Virus record (IMG/VR): IMGVR_UViG_2728369181_000010
DNA: 36,947 nucleotides
Direction: 5' to 3' (one strand)
Source: a virus
Lineage: Duplodnaviria > Heunggongvirae > Uroviricota > Caudoviricetes
The stretch's first letter is position 1, and every line of letters begins with the position of its first letter. The notes under the pieces were generated by a model. That model searched no databases and had not been told where the DNA came from. It worked only from the letters and a program-made list of their open reading frames with translations. Made by a program: the position numbers and the translations under genes. Below, piece after piece: positions 19,917 to 29,401 of the stretch.

Positions 19917-20380
19917 CAGATAAGCTCCACTGTGCAGTGCGGCGCATCCTGTACCCGGCTGATGGCCCAGCGGGCGTCACGCCACAAATCACCGCTTGCT
20001 TCCGCCAGTTCCTCGCCTCGCTTCACACCGGACGCCGTGGCGTCATAGTCCTGATAACGCTCGTTGAGCATGGCGTGTGCCCAGCAGTAAACCGCGTTGA
20101 AATAGTGCTGAATGCGCTCACTTTTGCCGTCCAGCTGTTCCGCCGGAACCTCTGCCAGCGAGGCATATCCCAGCATCTGCTGGCGTCTGCGAAACTCATA
20201 CAGCTCTGCGTTGACCTCCGAAATTGCCGACAGCGCAACCTGCTTTAAACGCGGCTGCGTCACCGTGCCGTCAGTGCGCATCACACTGCGGAACTCCGAC
20301 AGGTCCACATCAGGCCAGAACGGCGTATTTCTGATGATTTCCGCCTGTTCCGGTGCCTGTTCTGGCGCAACAAACTTCAT
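19916..20380 (-). CDS. L: Capsid completion protein L
   Basis: 154-aa ORF; P2 gpL position between M and X. Confidence 0.75.
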   Translation of the reverse strand: MKFVAPEQAPEQAEIIRNTPFWPDVDLSEFRSVMRTDGTVTQPRLKQVALSAISEVNAELYEFRRRQQMLGYASLAEVPAEQLDGKSERIQHYFNAVYCWAHAMLNERYQDYDATASGVKRGEELAEASGDLWRDARWAISRVQDAPHCTVELI

Positions 20381-20475
20381 GCTGCTTTCTCCTGAAATAA
20401 AGGGCGGTGGACGGGGTTTTGATGTGGCTGTGCCTTTCGCCCCCCCGTGCCGCCCGTGCGCGGGGGCACGTTCTG

Positions 20476-21126
20476 TCAGCGGCTGTCATTGCGCAGTCTG
20501 CGCTCCAGCTGCTGTTTGTCTTTTTTCACGCCACAGCGGGGATCGAGCTGTAACGCATGGTTGAGATGATTAAGGGCGGAAGCCGGATTGCTTTCACTCA
20601 GGACTGCGCCAATCGCTTTATGCAGACGCGCCCGTGACTGGTCCGGCATATCCAGACCGTCTGTCAGCTCCAGCGTCTGCATCAACAGATCGACATCAAA
20701 GCCGGTAGTGGCAAGCATTGCGCTCTGTGCCGCGTCTGCCATTTCCTCTGCCAGCACAGTCTGCACGTTGCGGTTACCCAGCGGCATCACCCAGCCATGA
20801 CGCAGAGCATGACGCCCGATCTCCAGCGCCCCGGCATAATCTCCGGCATCAATGCGCCACAGCATCACGTACATCAGCACGTCATCCTGTTGAGCGCCTC
20901 CGGCAGCCAGGACACCCTCCGCCCAGGCGGCGTACTTCGGCAGCAGCTCTACTTTGATTTCCGCTTTTTTGACCGTGGACTGAACGCCCTTGAGACGGCG
21001 GCGATCTTCCGCCAGTTGCAACAACATCAGGTCATAGCCCGACGCGTGGCGAACGCTGCCGCCCTCACGGGCGGCCTGTTCAGCCTGAACGCGCAGGCGA
21101 TGCTGCCGTGCGGGACTCAGGCTCAT
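20476..21126 (-). CDS. M: Terminase small (endonuclease) subunit M
   Basis: 216-aa ORF downstream of N; P2 gpM position. Confidence 0.75.
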   Translation of the reverse strand: MSLSPARQHRLRVQAEQAAREGGSVRHASGYDLMLLQLAEDRRRLKGVQSTVKKAEIKVELLPKYAAWAEGVLAAGGAQQDDVLMYVMLWRIDAGDYAGALEIGRHALRHGWVMPLGNRNVQTVLAEEMADAAQSAMLATTGFDVDLLMQTLELTDGLDMPDQSRARLHKAIGAVLSESNPASALNHLNHALQLDPRCGVKKDKQQLERRLRNDSR

Positions 21127-21129
21127 GAA

Positions 21130-22188
21130 TTACGCTCCGGTTTCTGCTGCGGCGGCGCTAAAATCGCCAATCTGGATGTTTTCCACCAGTGCAGCGCAGC
21201 GATAGTCCTCAACCACATAGGCTTCGTTAACGGATTCAAAGTTTTCAATCCGGTCACGTTTCGGGTTGTCGATAACTGAACGGCGGCGGGTGTCTTCCTG
21301 CCAGTAGATGGACAGGTTATCCAGACGGGTGATCAGCAGTGCGTTCGGCGGGAAGAACGGCGCACGCACGGCCTGCAGGCCACCCATGCGTTTCTGACTG
21401 ATGATCATATCGGCAGCCAGTTTTTCACTGTTTTCCTGCTCTTTGTTGACCAGCGGGAAATACTTGTCAGACAGCAGTTCACGACCGCAAATCACCACCA
21501 GATCGTCATCGTCCTGGTAGACCACGTCGATAAGCTCATTGACGGCATCCATCACTACGGCGTCCAGGTTGGCATATTCGCCACCTTTACCGACTTTCAC
21601 CGCGCCCGGTGTGGTTTCACCGCCCGTGGTGGTGCTGCCCATGACGTGATCCGGTGCATCCTCACGGATTTTCTGCAGCCAGCCTTTGTTCACATCCTGC
21701 AGCAGCGGGTTTTCGCTACGGTTGGAGGTTTTCGCACGCTTCACGCCGTTAAAGCCGATCATGATGCGGTCCAGTGCCTGACGTTTCACGATGGCGTTAC
21801 GGATACGCACCTGGAAATCCTGAAACTTCGCCCACAGGTCCAGCTTCGCGTAGGTCAGCACCGTGTCAAAGTTGGTCTGTTCGCATTTGTATTCCACATC
21901 GACCATCAGCGTCGGATCGACAGGTTCTCGCTCTTTCGCGGTGGTATCAGTGGTTCCGGCAATGGTGCTGCCAACCCCCAGCCCCAGCAGCTGACCGGAC
22001 TGCTCAGTCACTGGCGTGACGTTAATCAGCGTCAGGAAAGCAGCGGACTGCTGGATCTGGTCTTCCAGCGTCTGCTGCACAGACGGCTCTACAGTGAACT
22101 TGCTGGACAGTTCTTCAACTGCCACACCGTTCAGACGTGCCAGTTGCTGCAGGTAAGCGTTAAAAGCAAAGCGGGTATTCTTCTTCAT
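21130..22188 (-). CDS. N: Major capsid protein N
   Basis: 352-aa ORF; P2 gpN-like size and sequence. Confidence 0.9.
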   Translation of the reverse strand: MKKNTRFAFNAYLQQLARLNGVAVEELSSKFTVEPSVQQTLEDQIQQSAAFLTLINVTPVTEQSGQLLGLGVGSTIAGTTDTTAKEREPVDPTLMVDVEYKCEQTNFDTVLTYAKLDLWAKFQDFQVRIRNAIVKRQALDRIMIGFNGVKRAKTSNRSENPLLQDVNKGWLQKIREDAPDHVMGSTTTGGETTPGAVKVGKGGEYANLDAVVMDAVNELIDVVYQDDDDLVVICGRELLSDKYFPLVNKEQENSEKLAADMIISQKRMGGLQAVRAPFFPPNALLITRLDNLSIYWQEDTRRRSVIDNPKRDRIENFESVNEAYVVEDYRCAALVENIQIGDFSAAAAETGA

Positions 22189-22204
22189 CAGGTTTTGTGC
22201 TCCA

Positions 22205-23038
22205 TCAGCAATTGGTCAGAGTGTCAGCGGGGGCGTTACCGCCTGTTGCACGCTGGCGGTAGTCCTGGCGGCTGTCTTCATGGCTCAGCTTGTCCACCAG
22301 TTCGTTAAAGGCGGCTTGTTGTGCCTGCAGGGCAGTCTCCATCTCAGACAGGCGTTCTTCCTGCTCAGACAGGGACTTTTCGGTGCGCGTGCTCAGGTTT
22401 TGCTGCTCAGTGGCGACCAGTTCCACGGCCTTATGCACATCAGAGAACCTGGCATCATCGGACTGCTCTTTTTTGGTGAACAGCGCCGTGACGCAGGCAA
22501 ACAGGGACGGCTTGTCCTCCTGGATTTCTTCCAGTTCGATCACCGTTTCCTCTGCAGCGGTAAAAAGATTGGCGGGATTCTGCTTGCGGTTTGCCAGCGG
22601 ATTATGGGCTGCACTGGCGCTGAATGTCAGCATTTCCGTACCCAGACTGGCGGGATCATCAGTGGCAGCCAGACCGACCAGATAGGCTTTGCCCGTATCA
22701 GCAAACTTCGGGCTGACTTCCATAGAGGTGAATAATTTCTGGCCTTTTTTCACCAGCTCCACCAGAGATTCCGTTGGCTCAACGTCGGCATACAGCGCCA
22801 TCTTGCCTGACAGCGGACCTTCCGTGATTTCTTCAGCAAACAGCGCCGTCACCTTGCCGTAGCGGTTAAAGGTGCTGTCCGGCAGATAAGACTTGATGTG
22901 CTCAAGGTTAATCAGCGCGGTATACACCGCCGGGTTGTAGCTGGCTGCCATCTGTTCCAGCCATTCACGTTGGATTTCGCGTCCGTCGGTGGTGGCACCT
23001 TCCACCCCGATGCGAAAACGCTTTGCTTTCACTGTCAT
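22205..23038 (-). CDS. O: Capsid scaffolding protein O
   Basis: 277-aa ORF; acidic coiled-coil C-terminus; P2 gpO position. Confidence 0.85.
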   Translation of the reverse strand: MTVKAKRFRIGVEGATTDGREIQREWLEQMAASYNPAVYTALINLEHIKSYLPDSTFNRYGKVTALFAEEITEGPLSGKMALYADVEPTESLVELVKKGQKLFTSMEVSPKFADTGKAYLVGLAATDDPASLGTEMLTFSASAAHNPLANRKQNPANLFTAAEETVIELEEIQEDKPSLFACVTALFTKKEQSDDARFSDVHKAVELVATEQQNLSTRTEKSLSEQEERLSEMETALQAQQAAFNELVDKLSHEDSRQDYRQRATGGNAPADTLTNC

Positions 23039-23180
23039 GAGCCGTGCTCCGTTAGAAAAAACTTACTGGAGCCTTATGGTTGCGGTGATGGGGGCAGTGA
23101 AACAATGCGCGGTATTTGTACCGACAACCACACAAACCGCAGGCGGGGAAAGCCTTCATTCAAGGCTGTAGGTTTGTGCC

Positions 23181-24903
23181 ATGAACACCACACTGACACC
23201 CGCAGATCTCGATCCCCGTCGGCAGGCCATGCTGCTGTACTTTCAGGGATACCGCGTAGCCCGCATTGCTGAAATGCTGGGCGAGAAAGTTGCAACCGTT
23301 CACAGCTGGAAAAAACGCGACAAGTGGGGTGACTATGGGCCGCTGGATCAGATGCAGCTCACCACCGCCGCACGCTACTGCCAGCTCATTATGAAGGAGC
23401 ACAAAGAAGGGAAAGATTTCAAAGAGATTGACCTGCTGGCGCGCCAGTCTGAGCGCCACGCGCGGATCGGCAAGTTTAACAATGGCGGCAACGAAGCCGA
23501 CTTAAACCCTAACGTCGCCAACCGCAATAAAGGCCCACGCCGTCAGCCGGAAAAGAATGTTTTCACCGATGAGCAGATTGAGAAGCTGGAAGAAATCTTC
23601 CATTCCTCCATGTTCAACTACCAGCGCCACTGGTGGGAAGCCGGAAAAACCAACCGCATCCGCAACCTGCTGAAGTCTCGCCAGATCGGCGCGACATTTT
23701 ACTTTGCCCGTGAAGCCCTGATTGACGCCCTGCAGACCGGGCGTAACCAGATTTTCCTTTCTGCCAGCAAGGCTCAGGCCCACGTCTTTAAGCAGTACAT
23801 CATCGACTTCGCCAAAGAAGTGGAGGTGGAGCTGAAAGGCGATCCGATGGTGCTTCCTAACGGGGCCACGCTTTACTTCCTCGGCACCAATGCCCGCACG
23901 GCCCAGAGTTATCACGGCAACCTGTATCTGGATGAATATTTCTGGATACCGAAATTTCAGGAGCTACGCAAAGTGGCTTCCGGTATGGCTATTCACAAGA
24001 AATGGCGGCAGACCTATTTTTCCACACCATCCAGTCTGACCCACAGTGCTTATCCGTTCTGGTCCGGTGCACTGTTCAACCGTGGGCGCAACAAAGCTGA
24101 CAAGGTGGACATCGACCTGTCCCACAGCAATCTGGCCCCCGGCCTGCTGTGCGCAGACGGGCAATACCGCCAGATAGTCACCGTGGAAGATGCGGTGCGC
24201 GGCGGCTGTAACCTGTTCGACCTCGACCAGTTGCGCATGGAGTACAGCCCGGACGAATACCAGAACCTGCTGATGTGTGAGTTCGTGGACGATCTCGCGT
24301 CCGTGTTCCCGCTCAGCGAGCTGCAGGCGTGCATGGTGGACAGCTGGGAAGTCTGGACCGACTTTCATGCACTGGCGCTGCGCCCGTTTGGCTGGCGCGA
24401 AGTGTGGATCGGTTATGACCCGGCAAAAGGTACGCAGAACGGCGACAGTGCCGGATGCGTGGTGGTGGCTCCGCCAGCCGTGCCGGGGGGTAAGTTNNNN
24501 NNNNNNNNNNNNNNNNNNNNNNNNNNNNNNNNNNNNNNNNNNNNNNNNNNNNNNNNNNNNNNNNNNNNNNNNNNNNNNNNNNNNNNNNAACGTGAAAGCG
24601 TTCTTTCCTGCCGTCCGGGAGTTTGTCTATAACCCCAATGTTAAAAATGCTCTGGTACTCAAGGCCTACGACATTATCAGCCACCGCCGTCTGGAGTTTG
24701 ACGCCGGGCACACCGACATTGCGCAGTCATTCATGGCAATCCGTCGCGCCACCACCGCCAGCGGCAACCGCCCGACCTATGAAGCCAGCCGCAGCGAAGA
24801 AGCCAGCCATGCCGATCTGGCCTGGGCAACAATGCACGCACTGTTTAACGAACCACTGCAGGGCGAGTCCGCCAATACCAGTAATATTGTGGAGATTTTT
24901 TGA
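23181..24903 (+). CDS. P: Terminase large (ATPase) subunit P
   Basis: ATG at 23181; divergent from O as in P2; reading frame interrupted by N-run 24497-24588 and resumes in the ORF ending with TGA at 24901-24903. Confidence 0.85.
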
Positions 24904-25931
24904 TGGGAAAGAGTAAGAAGAACCGCGCTGCGTCGACAAACCAGATCCAGCATAAAAGTCAAACTACAGCCGAAGCATTCAGCTTCGGTGATCCCGTTCC
25001 TGTTCTGGATCGCCGCGAACTACTGGACTATGTGGAATGCGTACAGACAGATCGCTGGTATGAGCCGCCAGTAAGCTTTGACGGACTGGCGCGCACCTTT
25101 CGCGCCGCTGTGCACCACAGCTCACCGATTGCAGTGAAATGCAACATTCTGACCAGCACCTACATCCCTCACCCGCTGCTCAGCCAGCAGGCTTTTTCAC
25201 GTTTTGTGCAGGACTATCTGGTTTTTGGTAACGCCTACCTGGAGAAACGCACGAACCGGCTCGGTGAAGTTATCGCCCTTGAGCCTGCTCTGGCAAAATA
25301 CACCCGACGCGGATTAGACCTGGATACCTACTGGTTTGTGCAATACGGCATGACTACGCAGCCGTATCAGTTCACGAAAGGCAGCATTTTTCATCTGATG
25401 GAACCGGACATCAACCAGGAGATCTACGGCCTGCCCGGTTATCTTTCTGCCATTCCGTCAGCCCTGCTCAACGAGTCCGCCACGCTGTTCCGCCGCAAGT
25501 ATTACATTAACGGCAGCCATGCAGGCTTCATCATGTACATGACCGATGCCGCGCAGAACCAGGAGGATGTGAACAACCTCCGCAATGCGATGAAAAGCGC
25601 CAAAGGACCAGGTAACTTCCGCAATCTGTTTATGTACTCGCCTAACGGCAAAAAGGACGGGCTTCAGATCATTCCTCTGTCAGAAGTCGCGGCGAAGGAT
25701 GAGTTTCTGAATATCAAGAACGTGAGCCGGGATGACATGATGGCTGCGCATCGTGTGCCGCCACAAATGATGGGGATAATGCCAAATAATGTCGGGGGAT
25801 TTGGGGATGTGGAGAAAGCCAGCAGGGTCTTTGTCCGTAATGAGCTAATTCCATTGCAAAAAAGGCTTCAAGAAGTAAATGAATGGATAAAGGAGCCAAT
25901 AATGCAATTTAATGAATATAACCTTGCATAG
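24903..25931 (+). CDS. Q: Portal protein Q
   Basis: 342 aa from ATG at 24903 (TGATG overlap with P stop); P2 gpQ-like. Confidence 0.9.
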   Translation: MGKSKKNRAASTNQIQHKSQTTAEAFSFGDPVPVLDRRELLDYVECVQTDRWYEPPVSFDGLARTFRAAVHHSSPIAVKCNILTSTYIPHPLLSQQAFSRFVQDYLVFGNAYLEKRTNRLGEVIALEPALAKYTRRGLDLDTYWFVQYGMTTQPYQFTKGSIFHLMEPDINQEIYGLPGYLSAIPSALLNESATLFRRKYYINGSHAGFIMYMTDAAQNQEDVNNLRNAMKSAKGPGNFRNLFMYSPNGKKDGLQIIPLSEVAAKDEFLNIKNVSRDDMMAAHRVPPQMMGIMPNNVGGFGDVEKASRVFVRNELIPLQKRLQEVNEWIKEPIMQFNEYNLA

Positions 25932-25967
25932 GAATATGAAAAGAGCCGCTAAAGCGGCTCAATAAAC

Positions 25968-27653
25968 TCACTCGGGAATACCCTTCCTTTCAGGGTTAAC
26001 CAACCAGTGCTTTATATTCCCAATAAAATCCCAAACATCACCTTCAGATGGCTTCACATATGATTCATCATTAGGATCATCCCCCATCTTCTCGAAAATA
26101 CTTGTTAACCAAGTATTCTTTCCTCGACCTATTTCAAGATTTTGCAACCAAGACTCGATCTCGCCCGTTGGAACGACAAAAACCCCATAATCTGAAAGGG
26201 ATTTAAAAAACTCAGAGCAGGCGGTTTTATCTGAACCCGATAACAAGGAGAGGCCCCCATCTGTCTTCATATTTTTATTCGTATTTTTGAAGGCTTGAAA
26301 AAGCTTTTGTCTTTCCAAACCTAAAGTTTCATGCTTCATTTCTGGAAAAAAAGCTCCAAGCATTGGTTTTTTCCATACAACTCCTCCCTCCTTCAATATA
26401 TCGATATCTACCACTCCAACGCAGGGAATACCTAGCTCACGAAGGGGTTTTACTATATCCCAAACAGTTTGTTTGTTTTGAGCATTCAAAAACAGGCATC
26501 CCTCAATACCCCGAGGATCTCCAGCAGCCAATAAGCGCTCATTAATCTCTTGATAAAATGCCCTATCTGCATCCGCTTCAGTAACGACAACGTAATTATA
26601 AAACAATGCGTTTAGCACACCAATAGATCTTAATAACGGATTTCTCATGAGCGGCGTCAATTGTTCCTTTGTTAGTAATCTAGACGTACCAGATTTACCA
26701 TCAAAAGTAAGCCTAACTATATTCAATGGCACTTTACCTTGAACACAACCCATTAAAAAATTAGCGCTATGCGTTGAAATAAACACATTTTTATTACTAT
26801 GAGCACTAATCCTAGATATTTCCTTTCCTAACTTTGAGCATAAGGATGGATGTAAAAAAGCTTCCGGCTCATCAATTAGAGTCACCTTTGGTGAGCCAAC
26901 TATCAGCGAAATCATCATCCCAACAAAAGCATTAACACCATCGCTAGCCTCTGTAATCAATGACGCTTTTGAATGAAAAAGCACTGACTTTTCATCCCAA
27001 CCTCTTTCTTCTTGTTCAGTCTCAGGAGCGCGCTCAGAAAGACGAATTCTAAGATAACCTATATTTGTTGGATCAATAACAAGATACTTCCCGAAAGCAT
27101 CAAAAACGATATCTCTTAGCTCCATCCTTGCTTTATTATTTTTAAAAAGAAATGAAAGGTTATTCGTAGGTTCTCCTTGTAAATCGGATGAACCTTGACT
27201 TGAAGTTAAGGAAAGTCGACTTCTACCATCCAACCTTAGAGTCAGCAACGAGTAATATTGATATAGATGCTCCCGATTTAATTCATTGGGTTGCTGGAAT
27301 TCTCTTAACATTCCATCCAAATACACTAGAATCCTAGATATTCCTTCACCACGGAGGTTTAGCCTAGATAAAACAACATGCCCCGCATGATTTTCATCCT
27401 GGTTTGGCTCAACTTGTAAAGATTCAATTTCCTTTTTTGCTTCATCCTCAGAAAGTGGTTTGATTAATATCTGTTTTATTACTTCTCCCTGCGCTGCATT
27501 TCGGGTTGTCAGTTGATTTTCTATATCGATTAAAGCTCTAGATTTACCACTATTATTCGGCCCCACAAAAATTGTCAATGGAGTCAAGTCAACCGATAAT
27601 GAAGATTTAGATGTTGGATTACTTCCTGAATTAAAAATCAATTTATCTAACAT
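25968..27653 (-). CDS. OLD-family ABC-ATPase / TOPRIM nuclease (candidate single-gene anti-phage defence)
   Basis: 561 aa from ATG at 27653 with AAGGAGGT upstream; Walker A GPNNSGKS, Walker B VTLIDEPEAFLHP, H-loop FISTHS, then TOPRIM-like VVVTEADAD and VGVVDIDIL (E...DxD); AT-rich. Confidence 0.75.
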   Translation of the reverse strand: MLDKLIFNSGSNPTSKSSLSVDLTPLTIFVGPNNSGKSRALIDIENQLTTRNAAQGEVIKQILIKPLSEDEAKKEIESLQVEPNQDENHAGHVVLSRLNLRGEGISRILVYLDGMLREFQQPNELNREHLYQYYSLLTLRLDGRSRLSLTSSQGSSDLQGEPTNNLSFLFKNNKARMELRDIVFDAFGKYLVIDPTNIGYLRIRLSERAPETEQEERGWDEKSVLFHSKASLITEASDGVNAFVGMMISLIVGSPKVTLIDEPEAFLHPSLCSKLGKEISRISAHSNKNVFISTHSANFLMGCVQGKVPLNIVRLTFDGKSGTSRLLTKEQLTPLMRNPLLRSIGVLNALFYNYVVVTEADADRAFYQEINERLLAAGDPRGIEGCLFLNAQNKQTVWDIVKPLRELGIPCVGVVDIDILKEGGVVWKKPMLGAFFPEMKHETLGLERQKLFQAFKNTNKNMKTDGGLSLLSGSDKTACSEFFKSLSDYGVFVVPTGEIESWLQNLEIGRGKNTWLTSIFEKMGDDPNDESYVKPSEGDVWDFIGNIKHWLVNPERKGIPE

Positions 27654-27804
27654 ATAACCTCCTTTCACATAAGATATCCCTAAGTTTTGAACTAATGGGA
27701 CTCAATAATTTGCATTATTCTTATAGCATTTTACTCAACAAAGTGAAGTTAATTGTACTTCATTCTTATACCTCCCAGCGCGCGCTCGTATCCCCGCCAC
27801 GCCT

Positions 27805-27823
27805 GCCCGCTTTATGTAGTGGT
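27805..27823 (-). other. Candidate cos cohesive-end sequence
   Basis: Minus-strand GGCGTGGCGGGGATACGAG; first 13 nt match the remembered 186/P2 cohesive-end sequence (GGCG(T/A)GGCGGGGAAAGCA-); lies in the intergenic gap between the two cargo genes. Confidence 0.4.
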
Positions 27824-27844
27824 TTTCATGCACCTGCATGATCT

Positions 27845-27872
27845 ACGCAAAAGCCCGCCAGAACTGGCGGGC
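27845..27872 (-). terminator. Rho-independent terminator downstream of lipoprotein gene
   Basis: Minus-strand hairpin gcccgcca-N4-tggcgggc followed by TTTTG. Confidence 0.6.
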
Positions 27873-27976
27873 CTTAACACAAAAGATCCTCAAACGATCA
27901 TGCGATCTCATGCAGCATAGACATGCGCGCTTATGCAGAATGTGCAAAATCGTAACATACTCAGTAAGCGTGAAAC

Positions 27977-28654
27977 CTAGAACGTGACAGCCTTGTCAAA
28001 GCCAGAAATAATTGTATAAGAAATAGACGAGTTATCAGCCTTGTTCACTTTGAACTTGGCACCTTTGTAAGCGATAACGTCACTTCCCTTAGAATCTACA
28101 GAAAAATCTGTTGTAAATGCTGCACGAGCCATATCGTTTGCAAATTCACGATAGGTGAACTTCATTACACCGCCTGCATTTCCATTGTATTCGATAGTCT
28201 TAACCAATGAGTTACTAACTCGACACAGCCCATCAGGAACACGTTTGATAGAAATTTCTGATGCAGTATAAGAAGTACCATTTGGCGGTGATATCTCATT
28301 TTTTGCAGCATCGTAACTAACATAATCAACATAGTTACCGATTTGCCCATAGAGATTTTTTAACGCAACAGCTTGAGGGTTATGATAATTGCGGTAAATT
28401 CCATTCCCCTCACTGCAATATGTACCAGCAGCGATAGAAGACAATGCACCATTAGCCGCACCAAGTTCTAGTACGTCCGTTTTAAATCCAGTAGCAGATG
28501 TGATAATGGGATCGCCCATGTAGGCGGTAGCACTTTGCCCAATAGCAGGCTTCACCACTTCAATAGCAGTGATATTTCGGTTAGAAGCATGTGGCACGCA
28601 ACCAGTTAGGATTACAGCAAGAGATATTGGTAACGCTACATTATTAATTTTCAT
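27977..28654 (-). CDS. Hypothetical lipoprotein (cargo; possible superinfection-exclusion factor)
   Basis: 225 aa from ATG at 28654; signal peptide MKINNVALPISLAVILTG|C with lipobox; AT-rich; own terminator. Confidence 0.65.
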   Translation of the reverse strand: MKINNVALPISLAVILTGCVPHASNRNITAIEVVKPAIGQSATAYMGDPIITSATGFKTDVLELGAANGALSSIAAGTYCSEGNGIYRNYHNPQAVALKNLYGQIGNYVDYVSYDAAKNEISPPNGTSYTASEISIKRVPDGLCRVSNSLVKTIEYNGNAGGVMKFTYREFANDMARAAFTTDFSVDSKGSDVIAYKGAKFKVNKADNSSISYTIISGFDKAVTF

Positions 28655-28767
28655 TTTTAGCCTATTATTCTTTTCTTGACAAAAAACAAGGCGATATCTG
28701 ATTGACATCGCCTCTCACTCATATGTAACCCTTTTTGATTAGTAAAAACAAGCGTCTATTGACAAAA

Positions 28768-29001
28768 TCAATGCAGCCAGCTGTCGTCTTCCCACACCTT
28801 CTGCATAATTTTCATCACTTGTTTTCTTTCTTCGTCCAGTTGCAGTCCGGTCAGTTCCACACCGTTAGAGCTACCTTTGCGGATACGAATTACCGTTTTG
28901 GGATACAGGGGGCGCAGATTGCGGTAAAGCTCGGATTCAAGGGCGTCCAGGGTAGACTGGCTAATCTTCTGCTCTTTATCGATCATTATTTCAATGCGCA
29001 T
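28768..29001 (-). CDS. DinI-family protein
   Basis: 77 aa from ATG at 29001 with AGGTGA upstream; MRIEIMIDK...LDALESEL... resembles E. coli DinI. Confidence 0.8.
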   Translation of the reverse strand: MRIEIMIDKEQKISQSTLDALESELYRNLRPLYPKTVIRIRKGSSNGVELTGLQLDEERKQVMKIMQKVWEDDSWLH

Positions 29002-29011
29002 AAAAGTCACC

Positions 29012-29200
29012 TCAGCTGATGACATCCATTGAGCGGTTGTATTCGTGGCTTCTGATTTTTGCCATGAGTTCATCTGTCAGTTCAGAAACCCACTGCAAAG
29101 CCAGCCCCTTCTCTTCATCACTACACTCACTAGCCGCTACAAGCTTAAGAAAAAAATCAATGCGCTGGAGCTTCAAAGACTCCAAAAAATAGTCCTGCAT
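29012..29200 (-). CDS. Small hypothetical protein, possible Tum-like antirepressor N-terminal module
   Basis: 62 aa from ATG at 29200 with AGGAGG upstream; LexA box 40 bp upstream; function inferred from position only. Confidence 0.4.
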   Translation of the reverse strand: MQDYFLESLKLQRIDFFLKLVAASECSDEEKGLALQWVSELTDELMAKIRSHEYNRSMDVIS

Positions 29201-29242
29201 CTTTCCTCCTATAACACCAAAGCAATACTGTATACATAACCA

Positions 29243-29258
29243 CTGTTTATATTCACAG
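29243..29258. promoter_or_regulatory. LexA operator (SOS box)
   Basis: CTGT-ttatattc-ACAG, perfect CTGT-N8-ACAG palindrome, directly upstream of the small-ORF/DinI-like operon. Confidence 0.75.
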
Positions 29259-29401
29259 TATATAATAATCTTACTGATGTAAAACGTTTTTTTACNNNNN
29301 NNNNNNNNNNNNNNNNNNNNNNNNNNNNNNNNNNNNNNNNNNNNGTTCATCAGCCTGATATGCCTGGTATTATTAAGAGCACGAATTGTTAACCCGCGTA
29401 A

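Noticed and set aside
25932-25967. Short hairpin (agccgc-taaa-gcggct) between convergent Q and the OLD-like gene as a possible cos site or terminator
   Set aside because: Only a 6-bp stem with no T-run and no similarity to the P2/186 cohesive-end sequence; at most a weak bidirectional terminator.
27654-27976. The OLD-like gene and the lipoprotein gene as one operon forming a two-component system
   Set aside because: A rho-independent terminator and the cos-like sequence lie between them and each has its own RBS; co-function is not excluded but co-transcription is not supported.
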